Assembly (NCBI GenBank): GCA_963706445.1
Contig: OY970160.1
Coordinates: 1,344,001-1,408,000 of the forward strand
From: an uncultured Nitrososphaerales archaeon
GTDB lineage: Archaea > Thermoproteota > Nitrososphaeria > Nitrososphaerales > Gagatemarchaeaceae
Direction of reading: 5' to 3'
DNA length: 64,000 nt
Of the stretch, positions 8,129 to 17,797 are shown in pieces. How positions within the stretch are numbered: the first letter of the stretch is position 1; each line of letters begins with the position of its first letter. Made by a program: the position numbers and the translations under genes. The notes beneath the pieces are model-generated. The model did not search any database and had not been told where the DNA came from. It worked only from the letters and a program-made list of their open reading frames with translations.

Positions 8129-9634
8129 CTAGTATCCTGACGGCATGCCATCCCCTCGGACGTCGCACACCGCCTTCCTGTAGCGTCCTGACATTTCGAT
8201 AGCCTGGCAGACTCCTGTTTTCCCGGGCATGGGCAGTTTCTCGATGCTGTATCCCCCTCGAGGAATCCCGTATCCTTCCTCGACCAAGATCGTCTTCCCT
8301 CCTCCCCAGAGGAAACGAGGGTGACCGACATTCTGCTCCGCGGGCATGGAATAGTCGACGGCGTTCGTCACGAAGAGGGCGTGCTGCATAGGCCTGTAGT
8401 CGCCCCCGCTGGTGCCTATGGACAGGTACGGTCTGCCACCCCTTTCGAGAATCATCGAAGACAGTGTGTGCAGAGGTCGCTTGTGAGGCTCGACCTTGTT
8501 GGGGCCAGACATGCTGAACCCCGAAGCTCTGCTATTCAGGAAGATGCCGCACTCAGGGACGAAGACGCGAGAACCGAAGTGCTGGAAGAGGCTCTGAATC
8601 CCGGAGACGATGTTCCCCTCGGAGTCGACCACCGAGAAGGCGGTCGTGTCCCCCGTCCTGACGGGTCCCGATCCCTCCAGGCCTCCGATGTCCGTCGAGA
8701 GGAAAGATTTCACGTCAATAGGTCCGAACCTTGGGTCCCCGAGCATTTGGTCACGGCGAGCATAGGCAGGAAGCACCGCCTTCATGGTTAGCTCGATTCT
8801 TTCTTTCGAGAGCTGGCCGACCTTCGGAAGTCCGGCACCCGCAAGGAGCTTGAGTATGAGCAGGCTCGTGGCGCCCATGCTGTTTGGAGGAACCTCGTAA
8901 ACAGTGGTGCCGTTGTATTCGAGCCTAAGAGGCTCGACCCATTCTGGCTTGGAATCAGAAAAGTCTTCGAGTCGGCAATGTATGCCGAGCGATTCGAGAG
9001 CGGCAGAAATCTCCTCGGCAGCCTGACCGGAATAGAACCCTTCGGGCCCCCGGTCCGCGACCTCGGATATCACCCTACCCAGTGCTTCCTGGCGTAACCA
9101 TTCGCCTAGTTTCGGAGGCTTGCCAGAAGGCGCGAAGATGCGGAGGGCGTCGGGCGTGAGGGCACCGTATGCCCCCGCCACGGACCTGCAGATTCCTTCG
9201 CCCGCCGGAAACCCCCTTGCAGCGAGGTCAATCGAAGGCCTGAGGAGTCCCTTGAACTCGGAACGTCCGAGCTTCCTGTGCATCTCCCACACTCCGCCGA
9301 CGAGGCCCGGGACGACGCAGGTCAGAGGACCAAAAGTGGGCATGCGGCCGCCTGTCATGGACCTCACGAGTTCTGCCGTGAGCCCCGTCGGGGACCAGCC
9401 GCTCCCGTTCAAGCAGGATACCTTCCCCGACTTGGACTCGTAGAACATGCCGAAGAAGTCCCCGCCAATCCCTCCCGCAGGGTGGAACACCACAGAAAGC
9501 GCGAAGCTGACAGCTGTGGCGGCGTCGAAGGCGTTGCCCCCAGCGCGGAGGATGTCGTATCCTGCCATGGTGGCCAGAGGCTGCTCGCTTGCTACGGCCG
9601 CATGCTCGGCGAGGATTGTCTTGGTCGGGGCCAT
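8129..9634 (-). CDS. ggt: Gamma-glutamyltranspeptidase
   Basis: AGGNAFDAA, GGIGGDFF, nucleophile motif GDTTAFSVVD, KRPLHTLSS. Start placed at ATG 9634 because the longer ORF overlaps the divergent gene. Confidence 0.9.
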   Translation of the reverse strand: MAPTKTILAEHAAVASEQPLATMAGYDILRAGGNAFDAATAVSFALSVVFHPAGGIGGDFFGMFYESKSGKVSCLNGSGWSPTGLTAELVRSMTGGRMPTFGPLTCVVPGLVGGVWEMHRKLGRSEFKGLLRPSIDLAARGFPAGEGICRSVAGAYGALTPDALRIFAPSGKPPKLGEWLRQEALGRVISEVADRGPEGFYSGQAAEEISAALESLGIHCRLEDFSDSKPEWVEPLRLEYNGTTVYEVPPNSMGATSLLILKLLAGAGLPKVGQLSKERIELTMKAVLPAYARRDQMLGDPRFGPIDVKSFLSTDIGGLEGSGPVRTGDTTAFSVVDSEGNIVSGIQSLFQHFGSRVFVPECGIFLNSRASGFSMSGPNKVEPHKRPLHTLSSMILERGGRPYLSIGTSGGDYRPMQHALFVTNAVDYSMPAEQNVGHPRFLWGGGKTILVEEGYGIPRGGYSIEKLPMPGKTGVCQAIEMSGRYRKAVCDVRGDGMPSGY

Positions 9635-9790
9635 CAGAGGAGATACTCCAGCGGCGTTCTTAAAATGAATATGAGAGCTTCTGAATAGATCCCATGTTCT
9701 TGGCCCGATTCGGCCTGCTTCATCGGCAGACCACCCCGAGAATCTATTTATAGAGCGAACAGCTCGTATACAACCATCTGGAGATAACCA

Positions 9791-10459
9791 ATGAGCCAAT
9801 CTGAGCTTGATGCTGTCCTGGGGACAGTCGAGAACCCAATCCGGAGGAAGATCATCGCCAGACTCAGCGATGAGCCGAACTATCAACTCGCGCTTTCGAA
9901 GGAGCTCGGGCTAAGCCAACAGCTCGTTGCCAAGCATCTGGACACCATGGAGGTCGCGGGGCTCGTGAGCACCATCGCCCAAGACAGCCCGAGAGGGCCT
10001 CCCAGGAAGGAGTACATGCTGAAGAAGAGCTTCTCTGTCACCATCGACCTCGCGCCCAACCTGTTCAGGGCCCGAATGTTCTCATTCGGAGCGGTTCCAG
10101 GGGTACACGAAAGCGAAGATCGGGCGCAGATGGCCGCCAACGTCAACGAGGCCCTGAGGTACCCTGAAGGTGCTTCCAGAATAAGGCCTCTGACCCGCGT
10201 AGTCGCCGAGGTGGACAAGAAGCTGAAGGAGATGGAAGAGGAGCGAGCGGTCTTGCTTTACCTCAGGAGCCTCGCCCTGAGAGAGGCTGCGAGGATAACC
10301 ACGTCGCTTCCGAGCGACGACAGGAGGAAGGTCCTGAGGTACCTGATGAAGGAGCAGGGAGACGGCGTAGGTGGAATCAGCGCTTCACTCGGCCTGCAAA
10401 AGCAGGTAGTCGGGGACATCCTCGAAGAGATAGAAAGAGAGTTCGTCGGTTCCGACTAA
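9791..10459 (+). CDS. ArsR-family winged-helix transcriptional regulator (archaeal type with coiled coil)
   Basis: ENPIRRKII...LSKELGLSQQLVAKHL...GPPRKEY, followed by a coiled coil and a second HTH-like C-terminus. Confidence 0.85.
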   Translation: MSQSELDAVLGTVENPIRRKIIARLSDEPNYQLALSKELGLSQQLVAKHLDTMEVAGLVSTIAQDSPRGPPRKEYMLKKSFSVTIDLAPNLFRARMFSFGAVPGVHESEDRAQMAANVNEALRYPEGASRIRPLTRVVAEVDKKLKEMEEERAVLLYLRSLALREAARITTSLPSDDRRKVLRYLMKEQGDGVGGISASLGLQKQVVGDILEEIEREFVGSD

Positions 10460-10484
10460 AAAGGGAAAGAGGAGCGGAGCTCCT

Positions 10485-10661
10485 CTACAGTCCTACGTTC
10501 GGAAAGCTTGCCTGTGGGACTCCGAGCTGGCCCTGAAGCGTCCTGATACGGGTCGCATATTCCTTCATCCGGGCATTGTCGCCCTGGACCTTTGCGATCC
10601 GGTACCCCTTCCAAGCCTTGCGGAGGGCTCCCCAGACTTGTCCTGGTTGATATTCGGGCAT
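10485..10661 (-). CDS. Small (58 aa) hypothetical protein missing from the ORF track
   Basis: ATG 10661 to TAG 10485 gives MPEYQPGQVWGALRKAWKGYRIAKVQGDNARMKEYATRIRTLQGQLGVPQASFPNVGL; protein-like helical composition; fills an otherwise empty gap. Confidence 0.7.
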   Translation of the reverse strand: MPEYQPGQVWGALRKAWKGYRIAKVQGDNARMKEYATRIRTLQGQLGVPQASFPNVGL

Positions 10662-10762
10662 TGTCTTTAGACCTTGGACGTTTCATTCCTTGGTGAGTAT
10701 TTTGCGAGCGGGGTCTATTCCAGTTGAGCCGGTAATCAACGCCGGCTACCCGCCATGTGAGG

Positions 10763-11608
10763 TCAGACCAGCGACCTTAGGAGGAGCCAGATGTTGCTCG
10801 GGTGCTCGGATATCCTTCTCTTCGAGTATGCGTACCAACGGTCACCGTACGGCAGGTACTCCGAGACGGCGTACCCTGACTTCACAAGTTCGACCTTCAG
10901 CTCGTCCCTTATCCCCTTTAGCAGCTCGAAGCGGAAGCTGACCTTCCTGGATTCGGCGAGGGACTTCGTCTTGTCGATGAGCACCGAGTCGTGGGTCCCC
11001 ACGGCGAAATTCTGGCCCCTTTGAAAGAGGAGTTCGAGGAGCTTGGCGAAGTTCTCCCTTACTTCATCTCTACTCGGATAGACGAAGTCCTGGCTCTCTC
11101 TGTAGGCCCCCTTGACCAGCCTCACCGTCCCCCCGGCGTCGAGGATCTTCTTCAAGTCAGACTCGCTCCTCCGTGCATAGGCCTGGAGGGCCACGCCCGT
11201 GGTCGGGTGCTTCTCGTGAAGCTGGAGGTACGTATCGATCGTCGCTTCGGTGAATGCAGATCCTTCCATGTCTATCCAGAGCAGCTGCTTGAGGTGATCA
11301 GCGTTGTCAGCGATCCTTTCCACCCGGGCGCGCATCCCATGGTCGTCTGCGCCCATCCCGAGCTGGGTAAGCTTGACCGAGACGAAGCCGTTGATCTCAC
11401 CGTCGGCGAGGGCCTGCTGAAGTTTGAGGTACTCGTTTGTGTGTGCGTCGGCCTCCGCGGGGTCCTTGATCTCCTCACCAAGGAAGTTCACGACGACCCC
11501 GATGCCTTTGGAGTTCGCCTTCTTCGCATCCTCCAAAGCTGTGTCCATGGCGACACCTGCTATCCACCGTCTCGCAAGTGGAAGGACGAAGGTCTCCTTC
11601 AGGCCCAA
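10763..11608 (-). CDS. Monofunctional proline dehydrogenase
   Basis: SVKLTQLG, WIDMEG, RLVKGAY, YLPYG..WYAY motifs. Confidence 0.92.
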   Translation of the reverse strand: MGLKETFVLPLARRWIAGVAMDTALEDAKKANSKGIGVVVNFLGEEIKDPAEADAHTNEYLKLQQALADGEINGFVSVKLTQLGMGADDHGMRARVERIADNADHLKQLLWIDMEGSAFTEATIDTYLQLHEKHPTTGVALQAYARRSESDLKKILDAGGTVRLVKGAYRESQDFVYPSRDEVRENFAKLLELLFQRGQNFAVGTHDSVLIDKTKSLAESRKVSFRFELLKGIRDELKVELVKSGYAVSEYLPYGDRWYAYSKRRISEHPSNIWLLLRSLV

Positions 11609-11652
11609 ATCGGGCCGCCTCCGAGAAGACTACATATTAACGGTGTAATCAA

Positions 11653-12768
11653 ATGCCAATGGCGAGAATGAAAGGAGACACCATCTACGCGAAGAGGGTC
11701 GAGAGGCTCAGGGAGGCGCTCCAAGAGAAGGGGCTACGGGGGACCGTGGTGGTCCCTGGGCCGAACATGGCGTATTTCACCGGGGTCAACTCCCTTCTGC
11801 TTGAGAGGCCGTTCATGCTGCTGATCCCGACGGCGGGGGGGCCGCACCTGGTGGCTCCGTTTTTCGAATCGGGGCCGTACGTCGACGGTCCGCTGTCTGT
11901 GGAGGTGCACCCTTGGACCGACTCCGAAGGCTCGGCCGGGGCGATATCGAAGGCGGCCAAGGGCGTCGGAATGCGTGGTAAGTGGGGGGTGGAGGGGAGG
12001 ACCCCGTATCTTTACCTCGACAGGCTGATGAAGGAGGCCTCGCCGAAGCTCGGGGACGCGGAACCGGTTCTGCAGGGACTGAGGGAGATCAAGGACGAGA
12101 AGGAGATGAGGCTGCTGAAGAAGGCGGCGAGCATACTCAGCGGGGCATTCAAGGAGTTCCCAGGCATCGTAAAGGAAGGGATGACGGAGGTCGCTGTTTC
12201 AAAGGCGGCAACGGAGGAGATCTACGCCAAGGGTGCGAGCCACGTCGACGACATGCTCGTCCAGTCAGGCCCCAGGTGCGCCGACCCACACAGCCTCCCG
12301 TCGGAGAGAAAGATCGGGAGAGGGGAGAGCATCATCATCGACGTCGGGGCGGCGTTCGAGGGGTACTACGCCGACATCACAAGGGCGTTCTGCATCGGCC
12401 AGTCCCAGGAGGTCGAGAGGGTATACTCGAAGGTCCTTGAAGCGAATCAGGCGGGGATTGCGGAGACGGCGAAAGGGGCAAGGGTCGGCACGGTGGACGC
12501 AGCGGCCAGGGACGTCCTCATAGAGGCGAGTCTGGGGAAGTACTTCACCCACAGGACGGGGCACGGGCTCGGGCTCGAGATCCACGAGGCCCCCTACATA
12601 GTGGAGGGAGGAAGAGAGAAGCTGGACTCTGGCATGTGTTTCACCATCGAGCCGGGAGCCTACATCAGAGGGAAATTGGGGGTCAGGATAGAGGACGATG
12701 TCCTGATAGATGGAAGGAACGGAGTCGCAATAACGGACACCCCGAAGGAATTCGGCTGGTGGAAGTAG
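11653..12768 (+). CDS. pepQ: Xaa-Pro peptidase (M24 family)
   Basis: GYYADITR, HRTGHGLGLEIHE, TIEPGAY, GVRIEDD. Confidence 0.93.
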   Translation: MPMARMKGDTIYAKRVERLREALQEKGLRGTVVVPGPNMAYFTGVNSLLLERPFMLLIPTAGGPHLVAPFFESGPYVDGPLSVEVHPWTDSEGSAGAISKAAKGVGMRGKWGVEGRTPYLYLDRLMKEASPKLGDAEPVLQGLREIKDEKEMRLLKKAASILSGAFKEFPGIVKEGMTEVAVSKAATEEIYAKGASHVDDMLVQSGPRCADPHSLPSERKIGRGESIIIDVGAAFEGYYADITRAFCIGQSQEVERVYSKVLEANQAGIAETAKGARVGTVDAAARDVLIEASLGKYFTHRTGHGLGLEIHEAPYIVEGGREKLDSGMCFTIEPGAYIRGKLGVRIEDDVLIDGRNGVAITDTPKEFGWWK

Positions 12769-13038
12769 CTACTTCTCTTTTGAGAACTGCGACACCATTG
12801 TGTTGGTGTCCGCCACGTGTTTTATCTTCTCGATCTTCTCCAGGACAAGCCTGTAGACCTTCTCATCGCTCCCTATGGCCACCTCTTTCTTGGAGCTGAT
12901 GACCGCAAGGATGTCCCAGTTCCCGGGGACGATGTGGACCTCCCTGATCTCGGGAATCTTCATCAGGTTGTCAACCACCTCTTCCTCGTGGCCAGGGATC
13001 ACCTTCATGAGAACGAAGGCCTTCTGAAATACAGCCAA
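12769..13038 (-). CDS. Stand-alone Lrp/AsnC ligand-binding (RAM) domain protein
   Basis: KAFVLMKV.PG.EEEV...V.GNWDIL...TNTM pattern; start placed at TTG 13038. Confidence 0.8.
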   Translation of the reverse strand: MAVFQKAFVLMKVIPGHEEEVVDNLMKIPEIREVHIVPGNWDILAVISSKKEVAIGSDEKVYRLVLEKIEKIKHVADTNTMVSQFSKEK

Positions 13039-13094
13039 GTCGAAACGACGCGCCAGACTGCTTTTAAAAAGTCTTTTCACATGAAATTGCCGCT

Positions 13095-14783
13095 TTGAAG
13101 AACAACGAGGTCGCGGAGCTCCTCGACAGGCTCGGAGAGCTCGTGGAGGCGAACGGGGAGGACAGGTTCAAGGTGATCGCCTACCGCCGCGCCGCGACAA
13201 GCGTCCGGAACCTGGACGAGGACGTCGAGAATGTCTGGAGGGAGGGGAAGCTCGAGGAGATCAAATATGTGGGGGAAGGGATTGCGAGGAAGATCGATGA
13301 GTACCTGAGCACCGGGAAGCTCGGGCTACTTGAGCGGCTGAGCCAGAGGACCCCCGCGGGGGTGCCGTTGCTGATGAAGGTGCAGGGGGTGGGGCCGAGG
13401 ACGGCATTCCACCTTTCGCATGAGCTTGGAATCGCCAGCGTGGAGGGACTGAAGAAGGCCCTCGACGAAGGGAGGCTCGACTCCGAGTTCGGGCCGACGG
13501 TGAGGGAGGAGTTCCGGGTCGGGATACAGAAGCTGCAGAGCTTCGAAAAGCGGATGCTACTCCCGGAGGCGGAGGGGACCTACCAGACCCTCGCGGCATA
13601 CTTCGCGGCCCTGGGCATCCAGGTGGGGATGGCGGGGAGCCTGAGGAGAGGGAAGAGCACGGTCGGTGATCTCGACTTCCTTTCGATGGACAAGAGGGTC
13701 GTCGACGCGATCACGGGGTGCCCGGGGGTCGCCCAGGTGCTCGAGAGCGGGCCAAGGAGGACGAGCGTCAAACTGAAGGAAGGGGTGCAGGTGGACGTGA
13801 GGCTCTTCTCGAAAGAAGAGTACGGAGCGGCTCTTGTCTACTTCACTGGGTCGAAGGACCACAACATAGCGCTCAGGAACCTCGCCATCGAGAAGGGGTG
13901 GAAGCTCAATGAGTACGGGCTCTTCAACAAGGCGGGGAAGCGGCTCGCCGGTGAGTCTGAGGGGGGAGTGTACAGGAAGCTGGGACTTGCCTACATCCCG
14001 CCGGAGCTGAGGGAGAACATGGGAGAGGTAGAGGCCGCAAGGGAAGGGAAGCTCCCCCACCTGATAGAGTCGGATGACATCAAAGGAGACCTGCAGATGC
14101 ACACGACCTACAGCGACGGGTCTGCGTCTCTGCAGGAGATGGCGAAGGGGGCGAAGGAGAGAGGGCACCAGTATATCGCGGTCACGGACCATTCGGTGTC
14201 TGTCAGGGTGGCCAACGGGCTGTCGGAGGAGAGGTTCAGGAGGGAGTGGAAGGAGATCGACAAGCTGAACGACGAGCTATCCCCGTTCAGGATACTGAAG
14301 GCGGTCGAGGTCGAGATCAAGAGCGACGGTTCCCTGGACTTTGAGAAGAAGTTCCTCGACGAGTTCGACCTGGTGGGGGCGTCGCTCCATCAGAACTTCA
14401 AGCAGGATGCGGAAAAGCTCACAGAAAGGGCGGTAAGGGCCCTGTCGCACCCGTCTGTCAACTTCATGTGCCACCCGACGAACAGACTCATCGGAAGGAG
14501 GGAAGGGAACCCCATCGATCTGGCCAGGGTGATACGGACAGCGAAAGAGAACGGCAAGATGCTGGAGATAGACGGACAGCCTGAAAGGCTGGACCTCGAC
14601 GAGGTCTGGGCCAAGAGGGCGATGGAGGAGGGAGTACCCATAGTCATCGACTCGGACGCCCATTCCGTGAGCGAGCTGGATAACTTAGGTTACGGGGTCT
14701 TGCTCGCAAGGAGGGCTTGGCTTGAGGCGAAGGATGTGGCCAACACTAAGGGCCTGAGGGCACTACTGAATTCTGTCTCGTAG
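13095..14783 (+). CDS. polX: DNA polymerase X with C-terminal PHP domain
   Basis: N-terminal AYRRAA lyase domain, GSLRRG...GDLD and QVD catalytic aspartates, YFTGSKDHN; PHP motifs QMHTTYSDG, TDHS, DSDAH. Confidence 0.95.
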   Translation: MKNNEVAELLDRLGELVEANGEDRFKVIAYRRAATSVRNLDEDVENVWREGKLEEIKYVGEGIARKIDEYLSTGKLGLLERLSQRTPAGVPLLMKVQGVGPRTAFHLSHELGIASVEGLKKALDEGRLDSEFGPTVREEFRVGIQKLQSFEKRMLLPEAEGTYQTLAAYFAALGIQVGMAGSLRRGKSTVGDLDFLSMDKRVVDAITGCPGVAQVLESGPRRTSVKLKEGVQVDVRLFSKEEYGAALVYFTGSKDHNIALRNLAIEKGWKLNEYGLFNKAGKRLAGESEGGVYRKLGLAYIPPELRENMGEVEAAREGKLPHLIESDDIKGDLQMHTTYSDGSASLQEMAKGAKERGHQYIAVTDHSVSVRVANGLSEERFRREWKEIDKLNDELSPFRILKAVEVEIKSDGSLDFEKKFLDEFDLVGASLHQNFKQDAEKLTERAVRALSHPSVNFMCHPTNRLIGRREGNPIDLARVIRTAKENGKMLEIDGQPERLDLDEVWAKRAMEEGVPIVIDSDAHSVSELDNLGYGVLLARRAWLEAKDVANTKGLRALLNSVS

Positions 14784-14825
14784 GCGCCTCGAATGTTAAT
14801 AACGGAATTTGGGGACTCGGGCCTC

Positions 14826-14926
14826 GCGGGGGTACTGAAGCCAGGTCAACCAGGTAGGACTTAAGCGTCAAAAGCCGAGAGATCCTATCCCTTAGGGGTT
14901 CGTGGGTTCGAATCCCACCCCCCGCA
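14826..14926 (+). tRNA. tRNA-Leu(TAA) with a canonical 37/38 intron (14866-14881)
   Basis: GCGGGGG/CCCCCGC acceptor, TAGGA-CTTAAG[16 nt]A-TCCTA anticodon arm, long variable arm, GTGGG-TTCGAAT-CCCAC T arm. Confidence 0.92.
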
Positions 14927-14994
14927 TGCAATACTACCCGACTCGGGCGAAGAGTTTATCGTCTTACGAGGACCACGAATATCGGGGGCTAGAC

Positions 14995-15592
14995 TTGCCG
15001 CGCAAGATCACCGTCAACCTGTACATGACACTCGACGGATACGCAGAATTTCCAAAGTACCCGGGATCTGACTATGCCCCCGATGAGCCGGACCAGATGT
15101 GGAAGAGCATGTGGATCGACAGGTATGACTCGGTGGACACCATAATCTATGGAAGACGGTCCTACGAAGATCATGTTGCGTACCATTCGCTATCGGCGAG
15201 GAAGCCGTCAGATCCAAAGTTCCTGTTCGATTTTTCGAGGTTCATCGAGCGCTGTCAGAAGATAGCTCTCTCCCACAGCCTGACTAGGGCAGAGTGGAAG
15301 AACTCCAGGATCATGAAAGGCGACCTCGCTCGCATCGTCGCTCGCTTGAAGAAGGAGCCTGGCCAGGATATCATCGTAGACGCGGGCCCCTCCGTCACCC
15401 AGGAGTTCATCCAGCGGGGCCTGGTCGACGACTATTGGTTCTTGGTGATGCCGGTCGTCCTCGGACGGGGGAAGCTGTACTGGGGTTCCATGATAAGGCA
15501 ACAAACTCTGAAGCTCCTGTCGGGTCAAGGCGCTCAAGTACGGGGAACTCGTGCTTCACTACGAAGCGGTCAGGTCATCGCAGCGGAGATAG
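14995..15592 (+). pseudogene. RibD C-terminal/dihydrofolate reductase-family protein with a +1 frameshift near the 3' end
   Basis: RKITVNLYMTLDGY, IIYGRRSY, GLVDDY..LVMPVVLGRG. Removing one G at 15522-15524 restores the family-like end LKLLSVKALKYGELVLHYEAV...TAG at 15592. Confidence 0.75.
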
Positions 15593-15842
15593 GAGGAATC
15601 CGCCTCCCCTTTGCAACGTATCGATCTGAATCTACAAGCAGGATGCTAACGATGAAGAAAAGGACGAATGTTATGCTTGATAGGAGCACGAGGTAGATTG
15701 GACTGATTTTAGCGTAAAGCAGACCGAATGTCATCACTCCCATTGCCACCAAGAAATCCACTAGCAGGATCTTCGTGGTCCCCTTCCTGACTCTGGCCAC
15801 TTTCTCGGAGTTGTCGGTGCGTGTTCGCGATTCGTTAATCAC
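15570..15842 (-). CDS. Small hypothetical membrane protein (2 TM)
   Basis: ORF with two hydrophobic helices directly downstream of the DUF998-like gene. Confidence 0.5.
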   Translation of the reverse strand: MINESRTRTDNSEKVARVRKGTTKILLVDFLVAMGVMTFGLLYAKISPIYLVLLSSITFVLFFIVSILLVDSDRYVAKGRRIPPISAAMT

Positions 15843-15846
15843 GGTG

Positions 15847-16491
15847 CTAGGCCTTGGGGGTCCCGTCCACTGCCATCATGTGACCCCCGAAGCCGATCGA
15901 CCAGACCAGGACTGGATAGACCACAATCCGTTCCATTCCCCCGGGACCGAGACCGAGATACTCTCCGCCGATGTAGAGCACCAGCGCGACGAGTGTGAGG
16001 AGACCCAGGATGATGGAGAAGTAGAACATCGGTTTCCTCTGGAACCTGGCCGTGGTCAGTGCTGCGAGTCCTGCGAACAGGAATACTATCAGCGAGAAGA
16101 TGCTGTGCCAGATCCCCGTCGTCTCGGGGAAGAGGCCGACCCCCAGGGCGCCGACTCCTGCGAGGGCGATCATGATCGTTGCAGGCTTCCAATGGTAGGC
16201 CCTATGGAGGAAGTAGGCTCCGACAAGTATCATGAGGCCTAGAATCGCGATGGAAGCGTCGAAAAGGCAGGCGGAAGGCACCGATGTGCAGGTCGTGCGG
16301 CAGTTTGCGCCCAGGTCGCTGACGTAGTTGTTTGCGACGCTGTAGATGTAGCCAGTGGTGTTTCCGGACCCTGATGTATAGAGAGGGCCGCTGGTTGAAT
16401 ACAGGATTTCTGCGACTATCAGGCTGAGGCTGAACTGGGCTGCTCCGACGAAAATGGCAACGCCGGCTTTTGAGGCGTTTGAAAGCGACAT
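15847..16491 (-). CDS. DUF998-family membrane protein
   Basis: YSVANNYVSDLG, GVGLFPE, GPGGMER motifs; about six TM helices. Confidence 0.8.
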   Translation of the reverse strand: MSLSNASKAGVAIFVGAAQFSLSLIVAEILYSTSGPLYTSGSGNTTGYIYSVANNYVSDLGANCRTTCTSVPSACLFDASIAILGLMILVGAYFLHRAYHWKPATIMIALAGVGALGVGLFPETTGIWHSIFSLIVFLFAGLAALTTARFQRKPMFYFSIILGLLTLVALVLYIGGEYLGLGPGGMERIVVYPVLVWSIGFGGHMMAVDGTPKA

Positions 16492-16596
16492 CAGCAGGTA
16501 CCCTTGCGCGTCATCCTAAAAGTGTGAGCCTGGAACCACGGTGCTTCCCGTGCTCTCATTGTGAGCTTTTTATCGTCGTGACCTTCGGCACCTCCA

Positions 16597-17787
16597 TTGG
16601 ACTTCCTCGCGGAATCTAAGCGAGTCGAGCCTGAAATCATAAGGACGAGGAGGACTCTGCACCAGCACCCCGAACTCGCCTACCACGAGGAGGCGACCGC
16701 CAGGCTGATCGCCAAGAGGCTCGAGTCCCTCGGCGTCGAGGTGAGGAGTGGGGTGGGTGGGACGGGGGTCGTGGGGATCCTGAAGGGGGGAAGCCCAGGG
16801 AAGGTGGTCGCGCTGAGGGCGGACATGGACGGCCTACCAGTCCAGGAGGGGTCCGACGTGGAGTTCAGGTCGAAGGTCAACGGTGTGATGCACGCGTGCG
16901 GCCATGATACCCACGTCGCCATGCTCCTCGGGGCGGCGAGGATTCTTTCGGAGAACAAGGGAGTGCTTCGAGGCACCGTGAAGTTCCTCTTCCAGCCGGC
17001 GGAGGAGCATGGAGGTAGGGGAGGAGCGCTGCCGATGATCGAAGACGGCGCGATGAAGGACCCGAAGGTTGACTTCGTCTTCGGGCTGCACATAGAGGCG
17101 AACAGGAAGTCAGGGGTGTTCGGGGTCAGGGGCGGGGCAGTCGCAGCTGCGCCTGACACGTTCAAGCTAAGGATTATCGGGAAGGGCGGGCACGGGTCGG
17201 CCCCCCACGAGACGGTCGACCCGATCTACGTGGCGGCTCACGTCATCCTAGCGCTTCAGGGGGTGTCGTCCAGGATGATCGATCCTATGCGCCCGTTCGT
17301 CATTACCGTAGGAGCAGTCCACTCGGGGACCAAGGAGAACATCATCCCCGACGAAGCGCACCTTCAGGGGACCATTCGGACCCTGGACGAAAGGACAAGA
17401 AAGCGTGCGAAGACGAAGGTCGAGGAGGTCGTGAAGGGGGTGTGCAGGTCGTTCGGAGCCGCGGCAGAAATAGAGTTCGAGAAGGACGCCTACCCTGTGA
17501 CGGTAAACGACCCTGAGGTTACTGATGCTGCTGCCAGGGTGCTCAAGAAGATACCCGGTACTCGGGTCCAAAAGGTTGAGGCGATGCTCGGGGGAGAGGA
17601 TTTCTCGAGGTTCCTCCAGAAGGCGCCTGGGACTTTCTACTTCCTCGGGAGCCGCAACCCCGCCAAGGGGTGCGTCTATCCGAACCACAGCTCGAAGTTC
17701 AAGGTGGACGAGGACGTGCTGAAGTTCGGCGCGGCGTCCCTGGCGATGCTCGCCTTCGAGTTCGGGAACCCGAAGGGTCCGGCCTAG
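16597..17787 (+). CDS. M20D amidohydrolase/carboxypeptidase
   Basis: HQHPEL, ALRADMDGLP, MHACGHD, FQPAEE, GEDFS, PNHS. Confidence 0.94.
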   Translation: MDFLAESKRVEPEIIRTRRTLHQHPELAYHEEATARLIAKRLESLGVEVRSGVGGTGVVGILKGGSPGKVVALRADMDGLPVQEGSDVEFRSKVNGVMHACGHDTHVAMLLGAARILSENKGVLRGTVKFLFQPAEEHGGRGGALPMIEDGAMKDPKVDFVFGLHIEANRKSGVFGVRGGAVAAAPDTFKLRIIGKGGHGSAPHETVDPIYVAAHVILALQGVSSRMIDPMRPFVITVGAVHSGTKENIIPDEAHLQGTIRTLDERTRKRAKTKVEEVVKGVCRSFGAAAEIEFEKDAYPVTVNDPEVTDAAARVLKKIPGTRVQKVEAMLGGEDFSRFLQKAPGTFYFLGSRNPAKGCVYPNHSSKFKVDEDVLKFGAASLAMLAFEFGNPKGPA

Positions 17788-17797
17788 GAGCTCGGCC

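Noticed and set aside
9635-9886. N-terminal 84-aa extension of the GGT ORF in the track
   Set aside because: It overlaps the divergent ArsR gene and its promoter; family similarity starts at MAPTKT (9634).
14902-14994. ORF start inside tRNA-Leu
   Set aside because: It overlaps the tRNA T arm; the real gene most likely starts at TTG 14995.
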